A stretch of 47,689 nt of DNA from an uncultured Ignavibacteria bacterium (GCA_964556975.1 CAZKYQ010000004.1:1-47689), one strand, 5' to 3'. Positions 27,172 through 37,988 are shown, counted from the stretch's first letter. Notes: generated by a model not told the origin, from the sequence alone. A program made the numbers and translations.

Positions 27172-28071
27172 ATGGGCCATCAACCGGTTATGGCCGAAGA
27201 GATCGTTTCTATTTTTTCAGATGTTCCGGAAGGAGTGTTCATTGACGCGACTGTTGGTTTGGGAGGGCATTTGCGGGCAATAAAAAAGCGTTTTCCTAAG
27301 AAATTTGATTTTGTGGGGATTGATCGCGATGGTGAGATGCTTGAAATGGCCAGTAAGGGACTTCCAAAAGACGTGCGGCTTTTTAAAATGAGTTTTTCAG
27401 AAATTCCGGAATTGCTGAAAAGGGAGAAATTTAGGCCTTTGACGGGGATCTTGTTTGATTTAGGCTTAAATTCTATGCATTTGGACAATGGCTCCAGAGG
27501 GTTTTCATATAAAGAAGCTGCTCCATTGGATTTTAGATTCGATCAAGAATCCGGCAAGCCTCTTTATGAGATTATTAGGAATATTAAGTTGCCCGATCTA
27601 ATTAAAATTCTGAAAGAATATGGCCAGGAGAAAAAATCGCGCGCAATCGCAAAGGCCATTATTGAAAAACAGCCCAGAACCACGGACGCGCTTGCTTCGA
27701 TTGTTAAAATTATTGTTGGCCCCGGACGGTATATAAAGGCGGTTTCGAGAATATTTCAGGCGCTTCGGATTTTTGTCAACAATGAGCTTGATGAGATCGA
27801 AAAAGCCATATCCGGGATTATTCCCCGAATTGCGGCGGGCGGCAGGATAGCGGTTATTTCATATCATTCTCTGGAGGACGTAATTGCCAAGAGGCAATTC
27901 AAGTTTTTTTCGGGAAAATGTGTATGCGGGCCGAATGTCGCGCAATGTGAATGCGGGGCAAAAAAATTAATAGAAATTAAAACAAAAAAGCCAATTTACC
28001 CGAGCAGGGAAGAAATTAAAAATAACTCGCGGGCGCGATCTGCCCGACTGAGATATGCGGAAAAAAAATAA
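27172..28071 (+). CDS. rsmH: 16S rRNA (cytosine1402-N4)-methyltransferase
   Basis: 299 aa. HQPVM...DATVGLGGH SAM-binding N-terminus, SYHSLED block. Confidence 0.95.
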   Translation: MGHQPVMAEEIVSIFSDVPEGVFIDATVGLGGHLRAIKKRFPKKFDFVGIDRDGEMLEMASKGLPKDVRLFKMSFSEIPELLKREKFRPLTGILFDLGLNSMHLDNGSRGFSYKEAAPLDFRFDQESGKPLYEIIRNIKLPDLIKILKEYGQEKKSRAIAKAIIEKQPRTTDALASIVKIIVGPGRYIKAVSRIFQALRIFVNNELDEIEKAISGIIPRIAAGGRIAVISYHSLEDVIAKRQFKFFSGKCVCGPNVAQCECGAKKLIEIKTKKPIYPSREEIKNNSRARSARLRYAEKK

Positions 28072-28486
28072 GAAACGCTCAAAGCGAAAAACCGGAAGCG
28101 GCATGAAACCGGCCGCGATTATTTTACTGATATTTTCCTTGAGTTTGCTGATGATATGGAAAGCGAACAAAGTTAAAGAATATTACGCGGAGTCCAAAAA
28201 ACTTGAAAAGGCAAAAAAAAGTTTGATTTCAGAAAACTCAGAATTGAAGACTTATTTGATGGACCTTAAGTCATTAACCGCGGTGGGAAAAATCGCGGCC
28301 CGGCGCGGCCTGACTCAGAATATTTCAGGGAGAATCCGCGTCCCTGATCCGGCGCCCCCCGTAAAATTCGAGGACCGGAGGAATTTTGTTGATGTTGACG
28401 CGGTCGCTGACGCGATAGAAGATGCTGTTTTTCGTTCGAGCAAAGTTACCGCGGAAGAAGGAAAGAACCTGTCTAACCCTAAATAG
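28055..28486 (+). CDS. ftsL: Cell division protein FtsL-like (bitopic, coiled coil)
   Basis: 143 aa. Basic tail, one TM segment (AAIILLIFSLSLLMIW), then a heptad-rich segment. Sits at the canonical position between rsmH and ftsI. An alternative start at ATG 28103 is possible. Confidence 0.6.
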   Translation: MRKKNKKRSKRKTGSGMKPAAIILLIFSLSLLMIWKANKVKEYYAESKKLEKAKKSLISENSELKTYLMDLKSLTAVGKIAARRGLTQNISGRIRVPDPAPPVKFEDRRNFVDVDAVADAIEDAVFRSSKVTAEEGKNLSNPK

Positions 28487-28489
28487 CCT

Positions 28490-30445
28490 ATGACAGAATT
28501 CAGGATAATACAAAAAAGAGGGAAGATACTGGCAATCATTTTTGCTTTTATCTGTATCTCCTTTGTTGCCAGGGCTGTGGAAATTCAGATTGTAAAGCAT
28601 AAGGCATTTAAGGAGTATGCTGATTCTCAGCAGAAATCATCAATGCCATTAAAATCTAAACGGGGTGCGATATATGATTGCCGCGACAGGCTGCTGGCAT
28701 ACGATATGGAAACGAAGTCATATACGGTCAATCCCAAATATATGAAAAACAAGGCCAAAGAGGCAGCCAAGCTTTCTCAAATTACGGGAAAATCAAAATC
28801 GTATTGGCTGAAGAAATTTAAAAAACACCCCGGATTTTTATATGTAGCCCGGCGCGTTACCCCTAAAAAACAGGGAAAGTTTGAAAAAATAAATGTTGAG
28901 ACATTTAAGGCCCGCGTGGAATCCATAAGGGTTTATCCATTCGAGGACCTTGCGTCGGAAGTGATTGGGAGAACTGATACGGATAATCACGGCGTATCCG
29001 GTTTGGAAAAACAGTATGATGATATTTTATCAGGCAGTGATGGACGCTCGATTTTTCTTCGCGACGCTTATGGCCGCGAAATAGCCAGCTGGGAGCATAC
29101 AATTATTGAACCTGTCGACGGTTGTGATATTTATCTGACAATTGATTTGGATTTCCAGCAGATTGTTGAAGAAGAGCTAAAATGGATGCTTGATTCCAGC
29201 GAAGCCTTAAATGGTTCCGCGGTTTTCCTTGATCTTGAAGATGGCGGAGTTGTCGCGTGCGCCACTGTCGAGAGAGGCGATATTTCATTTGGAAGGTGCC
29301 GCAGTATTGTCGATAGAAACGAACCCGGCTCAACGGCCAAGCTAATTCCTCTCGCGGCCGTATTTCAAGCGGGAATTTTTGAACCAAGCGATATTATAAA
29401 CGTAGAAGGAGGCAGGTTCAAGATCGGCCGGCATATCGTGCGGGACGACCATGCTTACGATTCTCTTCGCTGTGATGAAATAGGAATATACTCATCGAAT
29501 ATCGGCGTCAGCAAATTAGGTTTGGAAGCGGGGTCCGATTTGATTTACAAAACGCTAATTACATTCGGATTCGGAGAGAAAACCGGGATTGATTTCCCGG
29601 GCGAAGTTTCAAGCCTTGTTTATAAACCTGAAAAGTGGACAGATCATTTTCTGGCAAACGTCTGTTTCGGCTATGGCATTGCGGCAACGGGCCTTCAAAT
29701 AGCCAGAGCGTATGGAGCGGTGGCGGCCGGCGGCAATCTTTTCAGACCGTATTTTGTTTCAAAAATGATAACGAACGATGGCGAAGATAAAACAATTAAT
29801 TCAAGGAAAGTGGTGCGAAAGGCCCTGGACAAGCGTACTTGTGAGAAACTGGATAGAATTTTTCGCGATGTTGTTTTATTGGGAACAGCCCAAAAAGCCA
29901 ACAGTAAAATTTGTTTAATTGCCGGTAAGACAGGTACGGCATTGAGGACGAAGAGAGAGGGCAGGGGATACGATAGAAAGCGTTCGCTGGCTTCGTTCGC
30001 CGGATATTTTCCTGCCGATAATCCCCGCTATGTCGGAGTTGTTATGTTTGACGAGCCCAAAACGAGTATTTACGGAGGAGTAGTTTCGGCGCCTGTATTT
30101 CGTAATATTTCGCAAAGATTTGTAAGTCTTCCCCGCAATAATATGCTGGTAAGAAACTCCGATGAAAATCGAGAAACGCGGTACGCTTATCGCGCAGATA
30201 AAACTTCAAAAAATCCGGCGCCGATAACAGCAACGTTCGCGAATATAAAAAATAATTATGCGTATAACGAAACATTAGATTTGTTGCCTGATTTTAGCGG
30301 AAAGACAATTCGCGATGCTTGTCGAATTGCCAATTCTATCGGGCTTAAATGCACAATTACGGGGTCTGGTACGGTTATTTATCAAGAGCCGAATCCCGGA
30401 ACAAAAATTGAGAACATTTCAGAATTGCATCTGATCGGGAAATAA
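28490..30445 (+). CDS. ftsI: Peptidoglycan D,D-transpeptidase FtsI (class B PBP) with C-terminal PASTA domain
   Basis: 651 aa. N-terminal TM anchor. SxxK (STAK), SxN (SSN) and KTG (KTGT) motifs. The last roughly 52 aa (PDFSGKTIRDACRIANSIGLKCTITGSGTVIYQEPNPGTKI...) are PASTA-like. Confidence 0.9.
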   Translation: MTEFRIIQKRGKILAIIFAFICISFVARAVEIQIVKHKAFKEYADSQQKSSMPLKSKRGAIYDCRDRLLAYDMETKSYTVNPKYMKNKAKEAAKLSQITGKSKSYWLKKFKKHPGFLYVARRVTPKKQGKFEKINVETFKARVESIRVYPFEDLASEVIGRTDTDNHGVSGLEKQYDDILSGSDGRSIFLRDAYGREIASWEHTIIEPVDGCDIYLTIDLDFQQIVEEELKWMLDSSEALNGSAVFLDLEDGGVVACATVERGDISFGRCRSIVDRNEPGSTAKLIPLAAVFQAGIFEPSDIINVEGGRFKIGRHIVRDDHAYDSLRCDEIGIYSSNIGVSKLGLEAGSDLIYKTLITFGFGEKTGIDFPGEVSSLVYKPEKWTDHFLANVCFGYGIAATGLQIARAYGAVAAGGNLFRPYFVSKMITNDGEDKTINSRKVVRKALDKRTCEKLDRIFRDVVLLGTAQKANSKICLIAGKTGTALRTKREGRGYDRKRSLASFAGYFPADNPRYVGVVMFDEPKTSIYGGVVSAPVFRNISQRFVSLPRNNMLVRNSDENRETRYAYRADKTSKNPAPITATFANIKNNYAYNETLDLLPDFSGKTIRDACRIANSIGLKCTITGSGTVIYQEPNPGTKIENISELHLIGK

Positions 30446-30447
30446 GA

Positions 30448-31944
30448 ATGAACTACGCTGTAACGAGAAACAACGAAAAGGCAGGGCCTTCAATGAGATT
30501 ATCCGAGTTGTTCGCCGGAATTAACATCGAAGAATTCGGGAATATTCCGGACATTGAAATTTCAGGTCTTTCAGTTGACTCAAGGACTGTTCAGCCGGGC
30601 GATCTTTTTATCGCCGTACCCGGTTATTCGCAGGACGGCAGGAAGTATGTTACGGAAGCGGTATCTCTGGGAGCGACCGCTATTTTAACCGCCCCCGGAA
30701 TAAATTTAAAGCCGGATGTCCCGGTAATAAATTCGGATAATTTGCGCGCGGTGGTCCCATTGATAGCGAAACGTTTTTTTGGCTCTCCTTCCGAGAAAAT
30801 GAAAGTAGCGGGGATAACCGGCACAAACGGGAAGACAACAACGGCCTATTTGTTAGCGTCAATATTTAACACTATGGGCCAAAGATGGGGTAAAATCGGC
30901 ACAATAAACTATGACACCGGCAAGCGCGTTTTGGCGGCGCGAAACACTACGCCGGGACCGGTTCAGCTACAAAAAATATTGGCCGAAATGGTTTACAACG
31001 GCCTAAACGGCTGTGCCATGGAGGTATCCTCGCACGGCCTCGAACAGGGCAGGTGCGAAGGCATAAAATACGCCTCCGCGACTTTTACCAACCTAACGCA
31101 AGACCATCTTGATTATCATAAGGATATGGAAAGCTATTTTGGGGCGAAATCCAAATTGTTCGATGATACGCCATGCGCGGTTATAAACATCGATGATGAA
31201 TATGGCAGACGGCTCATAAACAGTTGTAATAATCGGATAATCACCTATGGTTCGGGGGCAGGTTCCGATTTGGTTTTCCGGTCGAAAAAAACGGATGTAG
31301 ATTTTTCGATAATAGAATTTAGATATAAAGGCGAAAGCGCGGAATTCAAGTTTCCTCTTCCGGGGGCATTCAATCACCAGAACGCCGCCGCCGCTGGGGC
31401 TACCGCAATCGGTCTTGGGTTATCGCTTGATAACGTGATAAAGGGATTGTCGGAAGCTCAGGCCGTACCGGGACGCTTGCAAAAGGTTTCGTTTGGACAG
31501 CCGTTTGGTGTGTATATAGATTATGCCCACACTCCGGGAGCGCTGGAACGGCTGCTGTCGAGCGTAAGAATGTTTAAGCCTAAAAACATACATGTTGTAT
31601 TCGGGTGCGGAGGAGACCGCGACATTAAGAAACGTCCATTGATGGCCAGGGCCGCGTCGGACCTTGCCGATTATGCATATTTAACATCCGATAACCCCCG
31701 CACGGAAGATCCATCCGCGATAATTAAAGATGCTTTGGCAGGTATAACGAACAAAAAAGGATGCCGTGTAATTGAGGATAGAGCGCATGCCATTAAGGCC
31801 GCCATATCATCCGCGAAGGAAGGCGATATAGTAGTCATTGCCGGAAAAGGCCATGAGGATTATCAGATAATAGGAACGATCAAAAAGTATTTTTCGGATT
31901 TTGAAATAGCGAAATCGGAATTGCGAAAACTTGGTTATGAATAG
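30448..31944 (+). CDS. murE: UDP-N-acetylmuramoyl-L-alanyl-D-glutamate--2,6-diaminopimelate ligase
   Basis: 498 aa. GITGTNGKTTT P-loop. DNPR motif (31690..31701), the known determinant of meso-DAP specificity. Confidence 0.95.
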   Translation: MNYAVTRNNEKAGPSMRLSELFAGINIEEFGNIPDIEISGLSVDSRTVQPGDLFIAVPGYSQDGRKYVTEAVSLGATAILTAPGINLKPDVPVINSDNLRAVVPLIAKRFFGSPSEKMKVAGITGTNGKTTTAYLLASIFNTMGQRWGKIGTINYDTGKRVLAARNTTPGPVQLQKILAEMVYNGLNGCAMEVSSHGLEQGRCEGIKYASATFTNLTQDHLDYHKDMESYFGAKSKLFDDTPCAVINIDDEYGRRLINSCNNRIITYGSGAGSDLVFRSKKTDVDFSIIEFRYKGESAEFKFPLPGAFNHQNAAAAGATAIGLGLSLDNVIKGLSEAQAVPGRLQKVSFGQPFGVYIDYAHTPGALERLLSSVRMFKPKNIHVVFGCGGDRDIKKRPLMARAASDLADYAYLTSDNPRTEDPSAIIKDALAGITNKKGCRVIEDRAHAIKAAISSAKEGDIVVIAGKGHEDYQIIGTIKKYFSDFEIAKSELRKLGYE

Positions 31945-33325
31945 CGTAACGGACAATAAAAGTTCGCTATTTGCAATAGGCGAGATTGGCGAAGTTCTGG
32001 GAGCCGACTTGGAGGGGGCCCCTGAATTTCGCCGGGTTATGATTAATGGCGTCAAAATTGATAGCAGAGTCATTGAAGACGGCGATCTTTTTGTGGCTAT
32101 TAAGGGCGAGAATTATGACGGGCATGATTTTGTAGTTTCAGCGTTGAATAAAGGCGCGGCGGCGGTAGTTGTTTCTAATACGCTGGCCTCGAATTTTGAG
32201 GCCTTCGACGCCAAAATAATAGCTGTAAATAATACCGTTTACGCGCTTGGAGAATTGGCAAAATATTACAGGGGAAAAATGCCGGCAAATATTATAGCGG
32301 TTACAGGTTCTAATGGCAAAACAACCGCCAAAAATATGATATATGAGATTATTTCAAAGTCGGCGCTTAGCCTAAAATCCAAAGGCAATTACAACAATTT
32401 ATTTGGCCTGCCGCTATCGATATTCCAATTGCGGAAAAACCATAAGCATGCTGTTTTTGAATTGGGCATGAGCGAAAAAGGCGAAATTTCAAGACTGGGC
32501 GAAATCGCTTGCCCCGATATCGCCGTTATCACGAATGTCGGCCCGGTTCATCTGGAATATTTTGAAAGCGTGGAAGAGATAGCTTCGGCCAAGCTCGAGA
32601 TTTTGGAACATCTAAAACTTACCGGAACATTGATACTAAATGGAGATGATGAATTGCTTTTTGGTGCCGGAAAAGAGCGGGAATTTGAAACGATAAAGTT
32701 CGGAATGTCTTTTAATAATGATATCCATCCGACTGATTTGAAATTCGATGGCAATCAACTGGGAAGTTTTAAGATAAATAGCGCGCAATTCAATTTATCG
32801 CTTCCCGGCGTTCATAATGTTTACAACGCCTTAGCCGCGTACGCCGTATCAAAAGCTGTTGGATTAGATCCCGCGTCCATCGCTGATGCTCTTATGAATT
32901 TTAAGCCGTCAGGCATGCGTTCCGAAATCGTCAATAAGGGGGGCGTATCGTTTTTTCTCGATTGTTACAATGCCAACCCCATATCGATGAAATACGCCAT
33001 AGATTCTCTTTCTCAAATGCAGATTAAGGGTCGTCGGATAGCGGTGTTGGGGGATATGCTGGAGCTTGGCGGCAGCTCGGAAGCTTATCATAAACAAATA
33101 GGCAAGCACGCCAGGGAATCCGGGATAAAACACCTATTCGCGTTTGGGAAATACGCGGCCTCTATTGCCGAAGCTTTTGGAGAGGGAGGAAGATATTTTT
33201 CAGACAAATCCGAGCTATTAAAAGAACTCATGAATTTAATCGAAAAGGGCGATCTCGTATTGTTGAAGGCTTCGCGGGACATGGCTCTGGAGGAAATAGC
33301 CGAGAGCATAATGGAGTTGATATAA
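31931..33325 (+). CDS. murF: UDP-N-acetylmuramoyl-tripeptide--D-alanyl-D-alanine ligase
   Basis: 464 aa. AVTGSNGKTT P-loop, Mur ligase middle and C-terminal domains. 14-nt overlap with murE. Confidence 0.93.
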   Translation: MVMNSVTDNKSSLFAIGEIGEVLGADLEGAPEFRRVMINGVKIDSRVIEDGDLFVAIKGENYDGHDFVVSALNKGAAAVVVSNTLASNFEAFDAKIIAVNNTVYALGELAKYYRGKMPANIIAVTGSNGKTTAKNMIYEIISKSALSLKSKGNYNNLFGLPLSIFQLRKNHKHAVFELGMSEKGEISRLGEIACPDIAVITNVGPVHLEYFESVEEIASAKLEILEHLKLTGTLILNGDDELLFGAGKEREFETIKFGMSFNNDIHPTDLKFDGNQLGSFKINSAQFNLSLPGVHNVYNALAAYAVSKAVGLDPASIADALMNFKPSGMRSEIVNKGGVSFFLDCYNANPISMKYAIDSLSQMQIKGRRIAVLGDMLELGGSSEAYHKQIGKHARESGIKHLFAFGKYAASIAEAFGEGGRYFSDKSELLKELMNLIEKGDLVLLKASRDMALEEIAESIMELI

Positions 33326-33326
33326 A

Positions 33327-34412
33327 ATGTTATATCATTTATTATTTCCGCTCAGCAAATATTTTTCCGGATTTAACTTATTCCAATATATAACGTTTAG
33401 GACGGCGTACGCCACTGTAACGGCGATGCTTATCAGCTTTATTTTCGGGACGATTTTCATCAGACTTTTACAGAAACATCAGATGAAAGAGAGCATAAGA
33501 TCTGACGGGCCAAAGACCCATTTATCGAAGGAAGGTACGCCAACCATGGGCGGACTGCTCGTGCTTTTGTCTATTATACTGCCAACTATTCTTTGGGCTG
33601 ATCTTTCAAATCGTTTTATTTTAATAGTGCTGTTTGTTACATTATGGATGGGCATTCTCGGCTTCATGGACGATTTTCTGAAAGCCAGATTAAAACAGCG
33701 AAAAGGCCTCGTGGCCAAAAAGAAATTTGTAGGACAGATAGTTTTGGGCCTATTGCTTGGCTTGTATTTATATTGGTATCCTCCGAGCGCTAATTTTGGC
33801 ACCAGCACGGACCTTCCATTTGTTAAAGACGTCTATTTCGAGTTCGGCATATTTTATATACCGTTTGTTATTTTAGTCATAACAGGCGCGTCGAACGCGG
33901 TCAATCTTACAGACGGGCTGGACGGGCTTGCAATCGGCCTTGTGGGAATATGCGCGATAGCGTTTGCAGGGATTTGTTATGTTACCGGCCGCATTGACTT
34001 TTCAGGATATCTTGATATACGATATTTAAAAGGCGCCGGAGAGCTGACAATATTTTGCGGCGCTCTTTTGGGCGCGTGTCTGGGGTTTTTGTGGTTTAAT
34101 TCTAATCCCGCAAAAGTTTTTATGGGGGATACCGGAGCTCTTGCGCTCGGAGGGGCGTTAGGGGCGCTGTCGCTTCTTGTCAAAAAAGAATTTCTGCTGG
34201 TTATCGTAGGCGGAGTTTTTGTTTTGGAGGCGATGTCGGTTATTATACAGGTTTTATATTTCAAGGCTACGGGAAAAAGAATATTCAGAATGGCGCCGCT
34301 GCATCATCACTTTGAGCTTGCGGGATGGAAAGAACAGCAGGTCGTAGTCAGGTTCTGGATCATAGGGATAATATTCGCGCTGGTATCTTTAAGCACATTG
34401 AAAATAAGATGA
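33327..34412 (+). CDS. mraY: Phospho-N-acetylmuramoyl-pentapeptide transferase
   Basis: 361 aa. Ten TM segments, NAVNLTDGLDGLA and MGDTGALALGG motifs. Confidence 0.97.
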   Translation: MLYHLLFPLSKYFSGFNLFQYITFRTAYATVTAMLISFIFGTIFIRLLQKHQMKESIRSDGPKTHLSKEGTPTMGGLLVLLSIILPTILWADLSNRFILIVLFVTLWMGILGFMDDFLKARLKQRKGLVAKKKFVGQIVLGLLLGLYLYWYPPSANFGTSTDLPFVKDVYFEFGIFYIPFVILVITGASNAVNLTDGLDGLAIGLVGICAIAFAGICYVTGRIDFSGYLDIRYLKGAGELTIFCGALLGACLGFLWFNSNPAKVFMGDTGALALGGALGALSLLVKKEFLLVIVGGVFVLEAMSVIIQVLYFKATGKRIFRMAPLHHHFELAGWKEQQVVVRFWIIGIIFALVSLSTLKIR

Positions 34413-35764
34413 AATATGATTTGAAAAATAAGCGTGTTTCGATAATTGGGGCAGGCCGGACCGGAGTGGCTGCATCCGAAGCTGTTCATGCATGCGGCGG
34501 AGTCCCGTTTGTAAGCGATTCTTCAGAAAAAATCGATGAGAAAATTAAGCGCCGATTAGAAGAAAATAGTATTGAATTTGAAACCGGCGGGCATAGCGGC
34601 AGAATATTTGATTGTGATTTGATGATTTTAAGCCCGGGCGTTTTATCTGATTCTGAAATAGTAGTTAAGGCTAAGTCGCGCGGAATTGCGGTATGGGCGG
34701 AGATTGAATTGGCTTACAGGATTTGTGCGGGCAAGATAATCGGGGTCACCGGTTCTAACGGCAAAACGACCACGACAACTTTAATAGGGGAAATTTTAAA
34801 AAACTTCGGCGTGCCGACTTATGTATGCGGAAATATTGGAAATCCATTTATCAAAATCGCGAGCGAAATACCGCCTGATGGAATCGCTGTCGTGGAGCTT
34901 TCGAGCTTTCAACTTGAGATGATTGAAAAATTCAGGCCGGATATTGCGGCGATCTTAAATATTACGCCGGACCATCTTGACAGGCATAGAGATATAGATT
35001 CATATGCCGCGGCAAAACTGCGAATATTTGAAAACCAGGATGATACGGATATATCAATAGTTAATTACGATGATACCCTCCTCAGATCAAAATGCGGGCA
35101 TTTAAAATCCGAGACCAGATGGTTTTCGGTCAAATCGGCTGAAGCAGGGATATATGGATCGCCTGAGGGCAGTTTGATTGTCGATAAAAGAAAATTAATG
35201 AAATCAAGAGATGTTAAACTTATTGGCGTTCACAATCTTTCAAATGTTTGCGCCGCGGTGGCCGCGGCGAAAGCGGTAGGCGTCGATGATAACTGTATAA
35301 TGAATACATTAAAAACATTTGCCGGAGTGGAGCACCGCCTGGAATTCGTGAGGCTTATCGGAGGGATAAGCTTCATAAACGATTCAAAAGGCACCAATGT
35401 CGATTCTGTTTACTGGGCATTAAAGGCGGTCTCTTCGCCGGTAATCCTAATTGCCGGGGGACGAGATAAAGCGGGAGATTTTAAAAAACTTAGCGGCTTG
35501 ATCGAGGAAAAAGTTAAAACAGTTGTTCTTATTGGCGAAGCGGCGGATAAAATCAAACAGGCGTGGAATGGGCTATCGGCTTTTAAATTCGCGGTAAGTA
35601 TTGAGGAAGCGGTAAGCCTGGCGTCGGGTGAAGCAAACAGCGGGGATACAATACTGCTTTCCCCGGGCTGCGCGTCGTTTGATATGTTCAAAAATTATGA
35701 GGAGAGGGGATTAGCGTTTAGAAATGCTGTTATCAGGCTTGAAAAAGGCGGCGCAATAAAATGA
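34409..35764 (+). CDS. murD: UDP-N-acetylmuramoylalanine--D-glutamate ligase
   Basis: Start moved to ATG 34409 (ATGA overlap with the mraY stop), giving MKYDLKNKRVSIIGAGRTGVA. GVTGSNGKTTT P-loop. Confidence 0.93.
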   Translation: MKYDLKNKRVSIIGAGRTGVAASEAVHACGGVPFVSDSSEKIDEKIKRRLEENSIEFETGGHSGRIFDCDLMILSPGVLSDSEIVVKAKSRGIAVWAEIELAYRICAGKIIGVTGSNGKTTTTTLIGEILKNFGVPTYVCGNIGNPFIKIASEIPPDGIAVVELSSFQLEMIEKFRPDIAAILNITPDHLDRHRDIDSYAAAKLRIFENQDDTDISIVNYDDTLLRSKCGHLKSETRWFSVKSAEAGIYGSPEGSLIVDKRKLMKSRDVKLIGVHNLSNVCAAVAAAKAVGVDDNCIMNTLKTFAGVEHRLEFVRLIGGISFINDSKGTNVDSVYWALKAVSSPVILIAGGRDKAGDFKKLSGLIEEKVKTVVLIGEAADKIKQAWNGLSAFKFAVSIEEAVSLASGEANSGDTILLSPGCASFDMFKNYEERGLAFRNAVIRLEKGGAIK

Positions 35765-36888
35765 GGGCTTTTGTTAATGAACGAGGTGATATTGCGGTCA
35801 TGTCTATCGCGCTAACTCTGATAATGCTGGGGATTTTATTTATATATTCTTCCTCCGGGCCGTTTTGTAAATTTATGGACCCGCCTAAACCAACTTGGTA
35901 TTTTCTTTTAAAACAGTCAATATGGGCCGTAATAGCGGCAGGCATAATGCTAATGATGTACCGGCTTGATTATGAGCTGATTGTAAAATATTCGCCAATC
36001 CTTATTGTTGTATCAATAATTGCGCTGATCGCTGTTTTCCCTCTTTCCGGCTTAAAAATCAAGCGTTGGATTGCGATTGGCGGCATGACATTTCAACCAA
36101 GCGAGTTTTTCAAAATCGCGCTTGTAGTTTTTATCGCCAGAATTGCTGGTAAAAGCGACAAGAAAAGGGGCGTGAAAGGATATGCTCCCGCAATCATATT
36201 AGTGCTCTCAGGGATAGTTCTTATTCTACGGGAACCTGATCTCGGTACCGCGGCGCTGGTGCTTGCCGTAACCGCGGTCCTGCTTTATCTTTCGGGCTTC
36301 AAGAAAAGATACTTGTTAGTACTGCCAACAGCAGGCATAATCGCTGTTTCAATATTAGTGTTCGCAATAGGATATGAAAAAGACCGCATCGATTCTTATA
36401 CAAAAACACTGGAAGATCCTTTTCAAAAGGAAGCCAATTATCAAACCAGGCAATCGCTGGTGAGTTTTGGCTCCGGCGGATGGCTGGGGAAAGGCCTGGC
36501 GAATGGCGGCCAGAAGCACCTTTTTCTCCCGGAACGCCATACCGATTTTATTTTATCCGCCGCCGCTGAAGAAGGAGGTTTTTTTATTGTGATCGCGATA
36601 TTCTCTTTATTCGGGATTTTATGCTGGGCCGCTTATAACATAGCGTTTAACGCGATTAATATTGAGGGCGCTATATTGGTGTGGGGAATATTACTAATAA
36701 TAATGTTTCAGGCCGCGATTAATATAGGCGTCGCGCTTGGATTGCTGCCCGTTACGGGGATGACGCTTCCTTTTTTGAGCTATGGAGGATCATCCTTAAT
36801 ATCATGTTCGATTGGTATTGGAATGATCGCGTCTGTAGCGAGGAGGACGAGGTCTCCAAGAAAATATTTTAAACGATTCAAAAAATGA
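35761..36888 (+). CDS. ftsW: SEDS-family peptidoglycan glycosyltransferase FtsW
   Basis: 375 aa. Polytopic, with FQPSEF and EPDLGTA blocks. ATGA overlap with murD. Confidence 0.93.
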   Translation: MRAFVNERGDIAVMSIALTLIMLGILFIYSSSGPFCKFMDPPKPTWYFLLKQSIWAVIAAGIMLMMYRLDYELIVKYSPILIVVSIIALIAVFPLSGLKIKRWIAIGGMTFQPSEFFKIALVVFIARIAGKSDKKRGVKGYAPAIILVLSGIVLILREPDLGTAALVLAVTAVLLYLSGFKKRYLLVLPTAGIIAVSILVFAIGYEKDRIDSYTKTLEDPFQKEANYQTRQSLVSFGSGGWLGKGLANGGQKHLFLPERHTDFILSAAAEEGGFFIVIAIFSLFGILCWAAYNIAFNAINIEGAILVWGILLIIMFQAAINIGVALGLLPVTGMTLPFLSYGGSSLISCSIGIGMIASVARRTRSPRKYFKRFKK

Positions 36889-37988
36889 GCAATGATGACA
36901 AGTCAAAACGAATACTGTTTGCCGGAGGAGGGACTGCCGGGCATTTGATGCCGGCAATAAATATCGCCAGAGAGATGATGAGAATAGACTCAAAAATACG
37001 GCCTCTTTTTATAGGCAGGAAAAACGGCATGGAGAAGAATATTGTAAATAATTATTCTTTCGATATAGAGGAAATAGATGCGATTGGAATGAAAAGAAGC
37101 ATGCCTGGAATACTGCGTTTTATTCTAAAATGGAGAAGCGGCTGCAATCAGGCCCGCGCGATTGTAAATAATTTCAATCCTGACGCGGTTATCGGCACCG
37201 GAGGATATATTTCAGCCCCAATTGTTAAGGCCGCGCATAAGATGAAAAAGCCGATTTTCTTGCAGGAGCAAAACAGTTTGCCAGGATTGGCTTCCAGGAG
37301 CCTCGGACGTTATGCGCAATTGATTTTCACAGCCTATGAGTCCGCGCATAGATATTTTGATTCTAATAAATGTATGTTGGCCGGAAATCCCATAAGGACA
37401 GACATTCTGGACGGGGATACTGAAAAATCTTATAATGAATTTGATTTGAATAAAAGCAAGAAGACATTGCTTGTGCTTGGCGGAAGTTCCGGGGCGAAAG
37501 GTATTAATTCGGCAGTCTTAAAACTGATAAGCAACAGGAGCTTGCCCGAAGACTGGCAGATTATCTGGCAGACCGGCGCTGCCGAGTTTGATTTTATAAA
37601 ATCAGAAGTATCAGGAATTAAGTTTGAGGGTATAATTAGAAAATTCATTTATGAAATGCCCGCCGCGTATAAAATAGCCGATCTCGTAATTTCCCGAGCG
37701 GGGGCAATGGCGCTTTCGGAGATAACAGCCGCGGGATTGCCGTCGGTTCTGGTTCCATACCCTCACGCGACTGGAGATCATCAGACGTTAAACGCCAAAA
37801 GCCTCGCGGAAACAAGCGCGGCAATTGTGATACAAGAAAAGGATATCGATGAAAGATTTATTAAGGTAATGGCCGGTTTATTTAACGACAAAAGCAAATT
37901 GACAGAGATGGCAAAAAAGTCCAAATCGTTTGGCAAGCCAATGGCAGCTGAAACAATTGCCTCAATTATATTAGAAAGACTTAAATGA
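36885..37988 (+). CDS. murG: UDP-GlcNAc:lipid I N-acetylglucosamine transferase
   Basis: 367 aa. GGGTAGHLMPA motif. ATGA overlap with ftsW. Confidence 0.93.
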   Translation: MSNDDKSKRILFAGGGTAGHLMPAINIAREMMRIDSKIRPLFIGRKNGMEKNIVNNYSFDIEEIDAIGMKRSMPGILRFILKWRSGCNQARAIVNNFNPDAVIGTGGYISAPIVKAAHKMKKPIFLQEQNSLPGLASRSLGRYAQLIFTAYESAHRYFDSNKCMLAGNPIRTDILDGDTEKSYNEFDLNKSKKTLLVLGGSSGAKGINSAVLKLISNRSLPEDWQIIWQTGAAEFDFIKSEVSGIKFEGIIRKFIYEMPAAYKIADLVISRAGAMALSEITAAGLPSVLVPYPHATGDHQTLNAKSLAETSAAIVIQEKDIDERFIKVMAGLFNDKSKLTEMAKKSKSFGKPMAAETIASIILERLK

